Below the pieces are notes generated by a model that saw only the letters and a list, made by a program, of their open reading frames with translations, did not search any database and was not told the origin of the DNA. Source: a virus (lineage: Duplodnaviria > Caudoviricetes). From it: 64,000 nt of DNA. The translations under genes were made by a program, and so were the position numbers. The DNA is taken from IMG/VR virus record IMGVR_UViG_3300032007_000010; one strand, given 5' to 3'. Positions 26,470 through 36,431 of this stretch are shown piece by piece. Positions within the stretch are counted from its first letter, which is position 1. Each line of letters begins with the position of its first letter.

Positions 26470-27714
26470 ATGGCAACCGTGAAGAAAACCAAGACCAAGC
26501 TTCCCATCCGTGGCATGCGGCGCATAAACACAACCAGCGACAAGGTGTCTGCGCCGGTGAGAAAATTCGTGGCAGACGTCGAAGATGCCTACCGCGATCA
26601 GCTCAAGAACTGCAACATCCCCGTATTCCGGCTCATCTACGACAATCCCGAGATGGCCACCATCAACTCTTTCTTTCTCAACCATCTCGAGTATGAGGCC
26701 ATCCTCGGCATCCATGTTGATATCCTCGATCGCATGATGATGACCGCCATCGCGGATCGGATCAGCCATGATATCATCGCGAGCATCGAAGGGTCCGAGA
26801 TGGTCTATCCCGGCATCTGGGATATCCACACGGTCTACTCGATCGTTGGTGCCGCCACCACGTTCATGAAGCACGACACACTTCCCGAGCGTTATTTTAC
26901 GCCGCTGCAGTTTGACACGATCTCCCAGGAGGATCTCGACGAACAGCCCGTGGCGTCGTACATGCCGTTCTCGCAGTACAATCCGAACCGCTTCGTCGAG
27001 ATTGCCATGGGCATCCGCCAGCTGGCAATCAATACCATCGCTAGCATCATGCAGACGAAGATGCCGAGAGCCTTCCTATCCTCCAAGGATCTCCCTCTCT
27101 GGCAGCGTTTCTTCGATCGGTACAACGCGAATCTCGCTCCGGCCATCGAGGACCTGACCGATGGCAACATCGAGGCCTTTCTCGATCGCGATGGAACCGA
27201 GAACAGCATCGAAGCCTTCGTGACCAGCTTCGAGCATCCATTCCTCACGCTCATGATCGACCTCATGCTCGACTCCGGCATCTCCCCGTATCTCATCAAC
27301 ATGATGCTCCGTGATTCCACCGTCAACGTCGTCTACGACGACAACGTTGACGAGGAAGGCAACTTCAAGAAGCTCGGCGATATCGGCATCACCTACATGA
27401 TTTCTCTCACCGCCGATAATAAGCGCACCAACTGCAGCTTTGCCATCAATGTTCGTGATGCCATCGAGGTCGGAGCCAGCGGCGCGGACATCGACAAGTC
27501 TCGTCGCGAGGCGTTTGGCAAATCGCTGCGCAGTTTCCTCCTTTCGATCTGTGCCCACACCATCAACGTCTTCGCATACAACGTGGAGAAGAATCCCGAA
27601 ACGATTTTCCCGGACAATGCTCGCAACGAAGAGACCGTCAAGATCGAGAGTGCTCCGAAGGCTGTCACCAGCGATGGTGGCACAAAGGTGCACAAGCTCA
27701 GGCGCTCCGAGTGA
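26470..27714 (+). CDS. Hypothetical protein
   Basis: 414-aa ORF; AAGGAG RBS; biased codons. Confidence 0.85.
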   Translation: MATVKKTKTKLPIRGMRRINTTSDKVSAPVRKFVADVEDAYRDQLKNCNIPVFRLIYDNPEMATINSFFLNHLEYEAILGIHVDILDRMMMTAIADRISHDIIASIEGSEMVYPGIWDIHTVYSIVGAATTFMKHDTLPERYFTPLQFDTISQEDLDEQPVASYMPFSQYNPNRFVEIAMGIRQLAINTIASIMQTKMPRAFLSSKDLPLWQRFFDRYNANLAPAIEDLTDGNIEAFLDRDGTENSIEAFVTSFEHPFLTLMIDLMLDSGISPYLINMMLRDSTVNVVYDDNVDEEGNFKKLGDIGITYMISLTADNKRTNCSFAINVRDAIEVGASGADIDKSRREAFGKSLRSFLLSICAHTINVFAYNVEKNPETIFPDNARNEETVKIESAPKAVTSDGGTKVHKLRRSE

Positions 27715-27726
27715 TACAAAACGGGC

Positions 27727-27737
27727 TATATATTATA
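27727..27737 (+). promoter_or_regulatory. Class I promoter in a perfect inverted repeat
   Basis: GGGCTATA-TAT-TATAGCCC. Confidence 0.75.
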
Positions 27738-27799
27738 GCCCAGAAGACAGAAGGGTACCCTGTCTAATACCAGTTTAACGAAAGGAGAATTCTCACACC

Positions 27800-28750
27800 A
27801 TGAGCAAGAACAAGAATGGCGAGTTCAACAACCTCGCCGCCAAAAAGTTCAAGGACGTCGAGAAGATTGACCTGATGTCTCAGCAGGAAATCTTCAAGAT
27901 CCTGGACGGAGACGTTTCCGTGATCCTTGAACAGATCACCGCTTCCAGGAACCATACCGGCCGATATCCTCAGTATGCGGCCAATGCCTTCGCGAATCTG
28001 TCCACCTGTGTGTGGCTCAAGCAGTACGTGAAGGAACATTGCAAGATCACCAAGAAGGGCAAACTCAAGACCGATCTGAGCAAGGACGAGCTCGAATCTC
28101 TGCGCGCATGGGTCTGTGACGGCTATAAGCGCTCCGCCACGAACCAGTTCTCTCGCCAGACGCTCGAGTTCGAGGACCGCATGCGCTACATCCAGAACGT
28201 CTTCGCGATCATCTATCCGAAGGTGTTCCGTCTCACCAAGAAGCTGAAGCTCGACGACAGCGAACGCAAGGATCTCACCATCCAGGTGTATGGCGATCCG
28301 ACCTCGAACTTCCGCTTCGTGCATAAGCTCATCAACGCATCGAGCGTCAGCAACAAGAAGAAGATCAAGATCCTTCGCGCCATGTACGGCAAGCGTTTCG
28401 AGGCTGCGGTCGGAGCCGCGATGACCATCGACTCCAACAACAGCGATTGCCTGTCCATGCTCTACGACTTCATGATGGGTCTGAAGACCAAGGATCGTGC
28501 GCCGATCGTATATGAGTATGCCAAGGCGTTCAAGCGCAACAAAACCTACAACTTCCGACTCAAGTCCGACGGCGAATTCTATCGCAAGAACAAGCGTCTC
28601 ATCAAGGAGCTCCGGAAGGGCGACATTGGCATGAAGAAGGCATTCAAGCCGCTCCGCAAGAAGAAGAACAAGGATTTCGAGGTAGGAGCAAAGAAGAAGT
28701 CCAAGAAGGAGAAGACCGAGGTCAAGCTCCCCACGGACTTCAAGATCTGA
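27800..28750 (+). CDS. Lys-rich hypothetical protein
   Basis: 316-aa ORF; AAAGGAG RBS; strongly biased codons. Confidence 0.85.
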   Translation: MSKNKNGEFNNLAAKKFKDVEKIDLMSQQEIFKILDGDVSVILEQITASRNHTGRYPQYAANAFANLSTCVWLKQYVKEHCKITKKGKLKTDLSKDELESLRAWVCDGYKRSATNQFSRQTLEFEDRMRYIQNVFAIIYPKVFRLTKKLKLDDSERKDLTIQVYGDPTSNFRFVHKLINASSVSNKKKIKILRAMYGKRFEAAVGAAMTIDSNNSDCLSMLYDFMMGLKTKDRAPIVYEYAKAFKRNKTYNFRLKSDGEFYRKNKRLIKELRKGDIGMKKAFKPLRKKKNKDFEVGAKKKSKKEKTEVKLPTDFKI

Positions 28751-28759
28751 ACAACAGTG

Positions 28760-28800
28760 AATCACCCCCGATTTTGGTCGGGGGTGATTTTCTTTGTTTT
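28760..28800 (+). terminator. Rho-independent terminator
   Basis: AATCACCCCCGA/TCGGGGGTGATT plus T-run. Confidence 0.85.
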
Positions 28801-28821
28801 CACGAAGGAGTATAATGTGTC

Positions 28822-29307
28822 ATGAAACAGGACATGCGAGAAATCTATAAAATTGTGGGATTGTGGTTTGTTATCGTCATAGTTCCGGTCATTGCTGCAA
28901 TATACATTGACAACATCCTGATTGATGATAACCGCGATAGGATGACGGAGAATACGATCACACCGGAGGAAAATGTGATCACATCGGAGCTGACGATGCC
29001 GGTCTCGAACGATGATGAAACGGACAAGATAAACGCTTATCCATTGGACAACGACATTGTCGATGTGATTGTTGAAAAACTTGGCGAAGAGCATCGATAT
29101 TTTGTGCAGAGCGTTATCGCCGACGGCACCGAACGGATGCGCATACATATCACATATACTACGCTGTTTCCAAGACTCTTCACTGTTGAAGGAATGGGAG
29201 AAACACTCTCCGGTGAGAGATATCAGTTCCAATTCACCATGGCGAAGGATACATATGAGCAATGGTACATCGTTGATATGTTTCGATGGGAACCGGTGAG
29301 CCAATGA
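28822..29307 (+). CDS. Membrane-anchored hypothetical protein
   Basis: N-terminal TM segment; AAGGAG RBS. Confidence 0.7.
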   Translation: MKQDMREIYKIVGLWFVIVIVPVIAAIYIDNILIDDNRDRMTENTITPEENVITSELTMPVSNDDETDKINAYPLDNDIVDVIVEKLGEEHRYFVQSVIADGTERMRIHITYTTLFPRLFTVEGMGETLSGERYQFQFTMAKDTYEQWYIVDMFRWEPVSQ

Positions 29308-30131
29308 TATTGATACCAAAACAGGGCGGAAACTACGATCGTTACATGATGAGACACCAAAAGGTGACAGAATATCATTATCCGGAAGAAAGATATGTCG
29401 GTGTCATCCTCGATAGACCGAATCGTTTCATCATGGATGTGGAGGTCAACGGTGAAACCGTCAGAGCCCATTGCCCAACCCAAGGTTCGATCGGATCGAT
29501 CAAGCTTCCGGGCCGACCGGTCCTATTGTCATATCATCCTGATCCAAAGCGCAAGCTCAAGTGGACCGCCGAAGCATTATCCTACGATAGACCCGAGAAT
29601 AGACATAAAGAATGGATCGGGTTTTACCAAGCCGCGTCCAATCGATATGTGGAACACTATCTTCGCCAGGGAGCATTCTCTGGCATGATCATGACCGAAG
29701 GTTATCAGGTCGAGCGTGAAAGAAAGCTTGGGAATTCCCGCATTGATCTCAAAGTGGGTGATACCTACATCGAGGTGAAGACCTGGATCCAGGTGATCGA
29801 GAAGAAGGTTCCGAGCTACATAGAGCAGCGTCCGAAGAAGCTCCATGGTTTCTCCGGCGGAGAACGTCTCATCAAGCATGCCAACGAACTCGCAGACGCA
29901 CTCAAGGGACATGAGAGATGTATCATGCTATCGTGCTATCAGTACATGCCTGACCCCGACGAGGAGCTGGATCGCTACGACTACGGTGAGCTCTACTCGG
30001 ATACCACACAGATCATCGAAGCCTTTGATCGTGCCCATGCGGCCGGAGTAGAATCCTGGAACTGCTATTTCAAGCTCACTGAGAAGGGTGTAAAGCTGAT
30101 ACGCTACGAAAAAGAGGAGTGGAAACGATGA
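29304..30131 (+). CDS. sfsA: SfsA-family PD-(D/E)xK DNA/RNA nuclease
   Basis: RPNRF, AHCPTQG, KRKLKWT, GNSRID, YIEVK, RLIKH. Confidence 0.85.
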   Translation: MILIPKQGGNYDRYMMRHQKVTEYHYPEERYVGVILDRPNRFIMDVEVNGETVRAHCPTQGSIGSIKLPGRPVLLSYHPDPKRKLKWTAEALSYDRPENRHKEWIGFYQAASNRYVEHYLRQGAFSGMIMTEGYQVERERKLGNSRIDLKVGDTYIEVKTWIQVIEKKVPSYIEQRPKKLHGFSGGERLIKHANELADALKGHERCIMLSCYQYMPDPDEELDRYDYGELYSDTTQIIEAFDRAHAAGVESWNCYFKLTEKGVKLIRYEKEEWKR

Positions 30132-30529
30132 GCTATGTGACCCATTCCAAGGAATACGAGGATAAAATTCTCGAAGGCATAACCAAGAGCACCGCCGATG
30201 ATTGCTATGTGCCCGCATATGGAAAGGCAAATGATCTCTCGTTTAATTCCACCCTCTGCGAGACCATAGAAGCTGCCATCATGAGATCCGAAAAGCATCT
30301 TGGCAAAGAGCTGCACCTGTTACCAACAGCCTTCGCAGACTATCTCTTCGAGCACTATCATGTCTCGGACGTGGACTGCGAGTTTCTGACCATGATGTAT
30401 TATCGGCTCATGACCAGAACAGCGGCACAGGTCGGCAACGATCTCGGGAAGAAGATCATCAAGGAATATGCCTCGTACATTGATTGGGATGCGTACCGCA
30501 GGGACCATCCTAGTATGGAGGAAGGGTGA
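30128..30529 (+). CDS. Hypothetical protein
   Basis: Overlapping ATGA start. Confidence 0.65.
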   Translation: MSYVTHSKEYEDKILEGITKSTADDCYVPAYGKANDLSFNSTLCETIEAAIMRSEKHLGKELHLLPTAFADYLFEHYHVSDVDCEFLTMMYYRLMTRTAAQVGNDLGKKIIKEYASYIDWDAYRRDHPSMEEG

Positions 30530-30635
30530 ATATTCAATGAAGCGCATGGGTAAACAGCTTGGTCGGATGAATGCTTCCATCCGATCCAAAAGAACACAAC
30601 CGGAAATTTCGACACAAAAGGAAGGAGAACGTATC

Positions 30636-30941
30636 ATGGAGACTAATAAGATTGCATATCGCGTCATCATCACACTCATCCTCGATAGTGGTCGCAAGAT
30701 CAACTCTCGTCTGGGGATCATCACCGACGATATCAATGGGACACTGGAACGCGTTGATAATGACATCAAGAATATCATCAACAGCACCTCCGATGGATGG
30801 ATGACACTTCGCTACGGCGAGCTGTTCCACGAGGAGGGAGACGTTGTTGGCTGCACCAGCGTGTTGCGCAAGAAGGTGATCGGCTACAACATTGACGCAT
30901 TTGGCCTCCATCCATTCACCAAGAATACCACGAGCAACTGA
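30636..30941 (+). CDS. Hypothetical protein
   Basis: AAGGAG RBS before ATG 30636. Confidence 0.65.
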   Translation: METNKIAYRVIITLILDSGRKINSRLGIITDDINGTLERVDNDIKNIINSTSDGWMTLRYGELFHEEGDVVGCTSVLRKKVIGYNIDAFGLHPFTKNTTSN

Positions 30942-30949
30942 AAACGAAC

Positions 30950-30960
30950 TATATATCATA
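30950..30960 (+). promoter_or_regulatory. Class I promoter
   Basis: TATATATCATA. Confidence 0.7.
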
Positions 30961-30989
30961 GCTCTGGGTATCGCAGAAAGGGTATCGTA

Positions 30990-31313
30990 ATGCTAGAATC
31001 ACACTTTCGCGAAGATTACCTGGAATGTGAAGAACGTTTTCACAGGTTTCAAAAACGTAGAGATTTCTTGGAAAGATCTCTGCCACTCATCACCGGAGGA
31101 TCCGCCGTTCGTGTGGATCGAGGATGGTTCGACAAGGTCGAGAGAGCTCTCGATGACTATGATGATAACATCATGTCTCTACCGGAGCTGCTCACCGAAC
31201 CGGAGTTTGATCATCTGAGCAAGATATCGAATCGAATTCACGAGTTGCTGGATCATCCTCCGGATGTCCCGGCAGGACTCGAAGCACTGTGGAAGGAAGA
31301 AAGGCCCGGTTGA
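30990..31313 (+). CDS. Hypothetical protein
   Basis: ORF between a class I promoter and a terminator. Confidence 0.7.
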   Translation: MLESHFREDYLECEERFHRFQKRRDFLERSLPLITGGSAVRVDRGWFDKVERALDDYDDNIMSLPELLTEPEFDHLSKISNRIHELLDHPPDVPAGLEALWKEERPG

Positions 31314-31343
31314 TCCGGGCTTTTCTTTTTCCATCATCGGAGC

Positions 31344-31355
31344 TACATTCATATA
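31344..31355 (+). promoter_or_regulatory. Class II promoter
   Basis: TACATTCATATA upstream of the recA-like gene. Confidence 0.65.
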
Positions 31356-31385
31356 CATAAACATCCCGAAAGGAGATTATCATCC

Positions 31386-32831
31386 ATGCCGATGATGGAT
31401 TTTGCTGACTTTCTCGCCGAGAGCGCAAAGGCGAACAAAAAGGACACAAACTTCAAGCCAACCACAACCATACCGCTCCATGCGACCGGCTACGTCTATC
31501 TCGACTATGCGGCCGGAAACTATGTCACCGTCTACAACGATGACGAGATTCCGCTCTATCAATACCACAATGTCGGCGTGCCGGCAGGATCTGTCATCGG
31601 GCTCATTTCCAAGACCCAGGGCGGAAAAACAACAACGGCGATCCAAATGGCAGCGTCGATCATCGAGCCGTATTTCTCACCTCTCTACTGGAATCGCTAT
31701 ATCAAGGAAAATGAACAGCGTCTTTCCAAGGATGATCTCAAGAAGATTATGACCGATGCGAGCAATGGCATGCCGTTCATTCAGATCGCCGATGTCGAGG
31801 GAACGCTGCCCCTCGACTATGTCAAGAAGCTCGGACATTATACGAACAAGCAGCTCAAGAATCGCGTAATCATCGATCACATCACCACCGACAATGATCT
31901 GATCGCATTGCTCGAAAAGCATGCGAGATACAAGTCAACGCACATGAATCAGACCATCTACCCAATGCTGGATCTCTACGGAAATCCGATCGTTGACTAT
32001 CCTCCCACGGTTCTCATCGTGGATTCGGTCACACAGCTCACCCTCGAGGGTCTCGAGGAAGAGACCATGGACAATAAGGGCAAGGGCCTCTCCGATATCT
32101 ACGAGTCAGCATCCAAGGGAATGGCCGGTGCCCAGCGTGCTAGAGTCATCGGTGCCCTGTACACACAGATGGTGGATGTGGCAAAGAAGTTCAACATCAT
32201 CATCTTCTGCATCAATCACATCAACACCATGCCGGCGGTCATGGGCATTCCGGTCAAGGGTGCGAGATTCCTGCGCGGCGGTGAAACGATCTCGGGAGGA
32301 GTCAAGCCGCTATATCTGCTCGCATCGCTCCTTCGCCTCGATGTGATCAAGTCCATCGGAGGAACATCGTCTTCGGCGGTCCAGATCGGAGATGGGATCA
32401 AGGGACACATTGCACTCGCCGAATGGTCCAAGTGCAAGACGAATTCCAAGCGCAACAACTGCCACATGTGCTACACCGAGCAGAATGGATATGATCCACT
32501 GCTGTCCACCCTCTGGCATGCCAAGGAGGTCGGAGATCTGCAGAAGAAGGGCAACTTTTACTATGTCGACAAGCATCCGGATCTTCCGTTCAACTTCAAG
32601 AACTATGCGGATGTCTTCGCATCCAATCCGGAACTCTTCATGGCTCTCTACGACCAGACCAGAGAGCACGCAGCGAAGATGCTCGACAATCCGGATCATG
32701 CGCTGGAGCAGTATAAGAAAGAGGTCAGCGCGGTGCGCGATGACATTCACGATGAGTACGAGGACGGTATCATGAGTCGTGGCGCCGCAATGGACATGGA
32801 TGACATGTTCGCGACGCTGGTCAATGATTGA
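31386..32831 (+). CDS. RecA/UvsX-like recombinase, jumbo-phage type
   Basis: ATGYVYLDY, Walker A SKTQGGKTT, IADVEG, LIVDSV, FCINHI, ISGG. Confidence 0.85.
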   Translation: MPMMDFADFLAESAKANKKDTNFKPTTTIPLHATGYVYLDYAAGNYVTVYNDDEIPLYQYHNVGVPAGSVIGLISKTQGGKTTTAIQMAASIIEPYFSPLYWNRYIKENEQRLSKDDLKKIMTDASNGMPFIQIADVEGTLPLDYVKKLGHYTNKQLKNRVIIDHITTDNDLIALLEKHARYKSTHMNQTIYPMLDLYGNPIVDYPPTVLIVDSVTQLTLEGLEEETMDNKGKGLSDIYESASKGMAGAQRARVIGALYTQMVDVAKKFNIIIFCINHINTMPAVMGIPVKGARFLRGGETISGGVKPLYLLASLLRLDVIKSIGGTSSSAVQIGDGIKGHIALAEWSKCKTNSKRNNCHMCYTEQNGYDPLLSTLWHAKEVGDLQKKGNFYYVDKHPDLPFNFKNYADVFASNPELFMALYDQTREHAAKMLDNPDHALEQYKKEVSAVRDDIHDEYEDGIMSRGAAMDMDDMFATLVND

Positions 32832-32848
32832 TCGGAAGGACCTATACG

Positions 32849-33187
32849 ATGATCACATTGAATATATCCGAGGAGTTTTCCGAAACTCCCGGCGGACGGT
32901 TTATCTCCGACGGTCCCTTTTCTGGCGAGTTGTTCCGCGAGAACTTTTTATATCCCAGATATCTTGCGTCGCTGAAACACGATGATCAGCTCGAGATCAA
33001 CTTTGATGGGTGCTATGGGTTTGCGGCATGCTTTCTCGAGGAAGCCTTCGGTGGTCTTGTTCGAAAATATCACATCACCGGACTCCTCGATCGTCTACGC
33101 ATCATATCATCCGAGGACACAGACCTTCCGATCGATCTGCGTAGGTATGTTCTCGAGGCCGAAGAGGCGCTCTTGTACAGAGCATGA
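32849..33187 (+). CDS. STAS-like DUF4325 protein
   Basis: GGRFISDGPFSGELFRE ... INFDG ... FLEEAFGGLVR. Confidence 0.8.
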   Translation: MITLNISEEFSETPGGRFISDGPFSGELFRENFLYPRYLASLKHDDQLEINFDGCYGFAACFLEEAFGGLVRKYHITGLLDRLRIISSEDTDLPIDLRRYVLEAEEALLYRA

Positions 33188-33243
33188 AGCAACATCCCCG
33201 GGTTAATTCCCGGGGATCACGCTTCCATCGAAGAACGTTTGTC

Positions 33244-33254
33244 CATATACTATA
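33244..33254 (+). promoter_or_regulatory. Class I promoter
   Basis: CATATACTATA. Confidence 0.75.
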
Positions 33255-33278
33255 CCAACGGAAGAGGAGGTATGGTAT

Positions 33279-33974
33279 ATGAAAATGATCACCACGGATC
33301 GTTGTGCTGAGATTTGTGTGCGTCTTGCGAATGAGTATCTCATGCCTGTGGCGTTGTCCACCATGGACGGGCAGGTTCCGTCCATGACATTGAAGGTCTA
33401 TCGTTCCGAGGAACGTGATGACTGGACCGCGACCGTTCGTCTCAAGAATTCACTCACCATCTCAACCTTCAACTGTGAGATCTATGTGCAGGAGATTCTG
33501 CAGCTCTGTCGTGCCTGTAAGCTCTGGCTCGTCACCGAGGAAGTTTTCACCGTGGTGGCGGCATTCTATGAACTCCATGGCATCTTTCAGCAGGTACACA
33601 TGAACTTCACCGACAATGTGGAGCGAGACTACGATTCCATGATGGCCGGTGCCGGACATTCGACCTATGAATTTATCCGAAGCCAGCGGAATCTCGACAC
33701 GCTCGAATCCTGTGTGCTGGATCTGGTGTTCTACCAATCCATGATCTTCACCAACAACTACAAATATGCTCCGAAGAATGCGATGGTCGGTGATCTCATC
33801 GTCGATGTGCAGACTCGTTATCGTGACATCATGCTGGAACAGCATCCCGAGGCATATCGCAGCGCCAGGCGCCAGAAAGCACAGAACTATCTCGTCGATG
33901 AGGAAGGCTTTATCCTCTTGGAACCCATCAATCGTCACGAGAATACCCAGTATTTTGGCAAGCTCGATGGCTAG
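33279..33974 (+). CDS. Hypothetical protein carrying a C-terminal DEEGFILL tag
   Basis: AGGAGGT RBS; class I promoter. Confidence 0.8.
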   Translation: MKMITTDRCAEICVRLANEYLMPVALSTMDGQVPSMTLKVYRSEERDDWTATVRLKNSLTISTFNCEIYVQEILQLCRACKLWLVTEEVFTVVAAFYELHGIFQQVHMNFTDNVERDYDSMMAGAGHSTYEFIRSQRNLDTLESCVLDLVFYQSMIFTNNYKYAPKNAMVGDLIVDVQTRYRDIMLEQHPEAYRSARRQKAQNYLVDEEGFILLEPINRHENTQYFGKLDG

Positions 33975-33975
33975 C

Positions 33976-33986
33976 TATATATCATA
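33976..33986 (+). promoter_or_regulatory. Class I promoter (drives the nvRNAP beta-C operon)
   Basis: TATATATCATA. Confidence 0.75.
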
Positions 33987-34018
33987 GTGACGAAGAAGTA
34001 AAACGAAGGAGGATCCAA

Positions 34019-34345
34019 ATGATGGATAAAAGGAGAAATTTTCGAGCCAGCGAACTCATCGCAGAGCTCGAGAAGTTTAAGAACGAATACGGCGACCTCG
34101 ATGTGGTCGCCTACATACCGCTCAAGGATCCTACGAGGTACGTTCCGATGAGTATCAACACCGTCGGAGTGCTGAAGCGTTACAACGGTACGAGCTTTGA
34201 TACGCTCGGATTTGGTCTCAGCCAGCGCATCGGTGATGACCAGGAGCAGAAAACCACAGAGAACCATGAGACAAAGAGTCAACGCACGAAGCTTGGAAAC
34301 ATTTTCAGGTCGCTCTTCGAACGAACGGGGAGACAGCAACAATGA
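34019..34345 (+). CDS. Hypothetical protein
   Basis: AAGGAGG RBS. Confidence 0.7.
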   Translation: MMDKRRNFRASELIAELEKFKNEYGDLDVVAYIPLKDPTRYVPMSINTVGVLKRYNGTSFDTLGFGLSQRIGDDQEQKTTENHETKSQRTKLGNIFRSLFERTGRQQQ

Positions 34346-34388
34346 GACGAATGATAGCAATGTTGAACTAGACTAAGGAGTTGATAGG

Positions 34389-36431
34389 ATGAGCAACAAG
34401 AAGAAGATCATGCCCGAAATCGAGAGACAGGTACGAGCCCAGGATGCTAATCTATACTATCCAACGGATAGGCTTGGGCCAGGATCTGTCATGACCCAGC
34501 AATCGCACACAAATGCTTCTCGTTTGATAATGGAAAATCATCAAATGAGCGACTGCATCAACATCAAGGATCCGGAACCGCCACTGGTACCGACCGGCTT
34601 CGAAAATGTCATGGGACAGTATTCCTTCATGACCAAGCGGGCCGACGGTGACTACGTGATCGTTGCGATATTCAAGAAGAATCAGTACAATGCGGTATAC
34701 ATCGGCTATGATAAGAAGCATCACCACTATGATGCCTGGAAGCGTCAGGAGATAGAGGAACATTCCGAGGGTTTCTGCACTCGCTATGATAACTCATATC
34801 TCGATTCGCTAGAGGTTGGCGATAAGATCAAGAAGGGTGACTATGTGAAAACGTCGAACGCCTTCGACAAGTATCGCAACTATGCACTCGGAAAGAATCT
34901 GAACACCCTCTACATGGTCAGCGCCCAGAATCTCGAGGATGGCATCATGGTCATGAATGGTGCCGAAAACAAGATGAATGCATACCACTGCGAGACGCTC
35001 ACCATCGGTCTCGCCAACAATCAAATCCTCATCAACTGGTATGGCGATGATGACCACTATCAGGGCATTCCGCTCGTTGGCGAGAAGACCAAAAAGGGCA
35101 TTTTGGCTGTGATTCGGAGGATCGATCATAGCATCGCTCCCTATGCGCTCAAGAAGAAGCGTCTCCAGCACATGGAGCGGACCGACGAAAGACGCGTTGG
35201 CAATGGACGTGTCATAGATATCGACATCCGTTTCAATGGTCCCACCGATAAACTTCCGACCACCGGAGCGAATAAGATGCTCACCGAGCTGTATCTGGAG
35301 CAGCAGAAATACTATCGAAAGCTCTATGAGTATATGATCAACATCGCCAACACCGCCTACGAGAAGGGCGATACCTACTCCGACAACTTTAGCATCATCT
35401 GCGAAGAAGCGCACAAATATGTCGACGCAATCGGCTTCTTCGGAGACAACAGTGATTCCGTGTATTCTGCGGAGCAGATGAAGATCAGCATCACGCTGCT
35501 CGAGGAAGAGAAGATGATCGTCGGTTCCAAGATGGTCGGCCGCTATGGCGACAAGGGTGTCATATCCCGCGTCTATACACCCGAGGAATCGTGGCACATG
35601 GAGGATGGAACCCCCATCGAGCTGGTGGTTGCGACCCTCGGCATCGTCGGTCGACTGAATCAGTCCCAGATGAACGAGTGCAATATTACCGAGCTCAGCA
35701 ACACCGCGGTGGAGATGATGCGTGCCACCGGTGATCTCGACATGAAGCTTGCCATCGTGCATCGGCTCATGAAGTATCTGAACTCTGACGAGGCTGACGA
35801 TTTTCGAAGGTTCACGAGACACATGGACTCCTCCGAGAAGAAGAAGCTGTGCCGTCGCATCGAGCGCGAGGGTATCTTCATCGTGCAGGATCCCATTGAC
35901 AATGCCGACATGTTCCAGATCGGCAAGGCTTACAAGGATTTCCCGCCGAACTTCCAGCACGTGATCTTCCCCGACGGCGGCAAGTCCATGTACAAGGTGA
36001 TCTGCTCCAAGAAATTCTACATGCGACTCAAGCAGGATCCGAAGGAAAAGTATTCGGCAAGATCCAGGGGCCCCGTCAATCCCATCACCACATTGCCGGC
36101 AAAGTCCAACCAGAAGAAGCGTGGTCTCGAACCCGTGTCCGATGTTCCGGTTCGCATCGGTGAGTACGAGCAGGAGGTGCTCAATGGCATGACCAACCAC
36201 CCGAAGGTCTGTGCCGACTTCATCGTTGAGAATTCGACGTCCTTCGAGGCGAAGATGCGCATGGCCGAGCACCAATACCTCGGTGATCTCGACGAAGATC
36301 TCGACATCACTGGCATGGAGTTTTCGGGTCAGAAGAACATCGAGGCGATCGACGCCTACAACTACATGTTTGGCGCACGCATCCGCCTCGAGGTCGAGGA
36401 GGCGAAGCCCGGTGAGTATTTCACGGATTGA
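34389..36431 (+). CDS. Non-virion RNA polymerase beta subunit, C-terminal half (AR9 gp089 / phiKZ gp71-73-like)
   Basis: SRLIMENHQ, PPLVPTGFE, GKN...NLEDG, GSKMVGRYGDKGVIS, GIVGRLN, FYMRLKQ, YSARS, VRIGEYE. Confidence 0.9.
   Translation: MSNKKKIMPEIERQVRAQDANLYYPTDRLGPGSVMTQQSHTNASRLIMENHQMSDCINIKDPEPPLVPTGFENVMGQYSFMTKRADGDYVIVAIFKKNQYNAVYIGYDKKHHHYDAWKRQEIEEHSEGFCTRYDNSYLDSLEVGDKIKKGDYVKTSNAFDKYRNYALGKNLNTLYMVSAQNLEDGIMVMNGAENKMNAYHCETLTIGLANNQILINWYGDDDHYQGIPLVGEKTKKGILAVIRRIDHSIAPYALKKKRLQHMERTDERRVGNGRVIDIDIRFNGPTDKLPTTGANKMLTELYLEQQKYYRKLYEYMINIANTAYEKGDTYSDNFSIICEEAHKYVDAIGFFGDNSDSVYSAEQMKISITLLEEEKMIVGSKMVGRYGDKGVISRVYTPEESWHMEDGTPIELVVATLGIVGRLNQSQMNECNITELSNTAVEMMRATGDLDMKLAIVHRLMKYLNSDEADDFRRFTRHMDSSEKKKLCRRIEREGIFIVQDPIDNADMFQIGKAYKDFPPNFQHVIFPDGGKSMYKVICSKKFYMRLKQDPKEKYSARSRGPVNPITTLPAKSNQKKRGLEPVSDVPVRIGEYEQEVLNGMTNHPKVCADFIVENSTSFEAKMRMAEHQYLGDLDEDLDITGMEFSGQKNIEAIDAYNYMFGARIRLEVEEAKPGEYFTD

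Noticed and set aside
8174-27378. Looser D-x-x-G hits (IDENGLL in 8153, VDEEGNF in 26470, DANGKV in GyrA; also IDSDGRI near 45, DKNGFII in the ligase BRCT and EDNGLMDL in 60857)
   Set aside because: Generic beta-turn sequences lacking the F-hydrophobic-hydrophobic-L part; not counted as tags.
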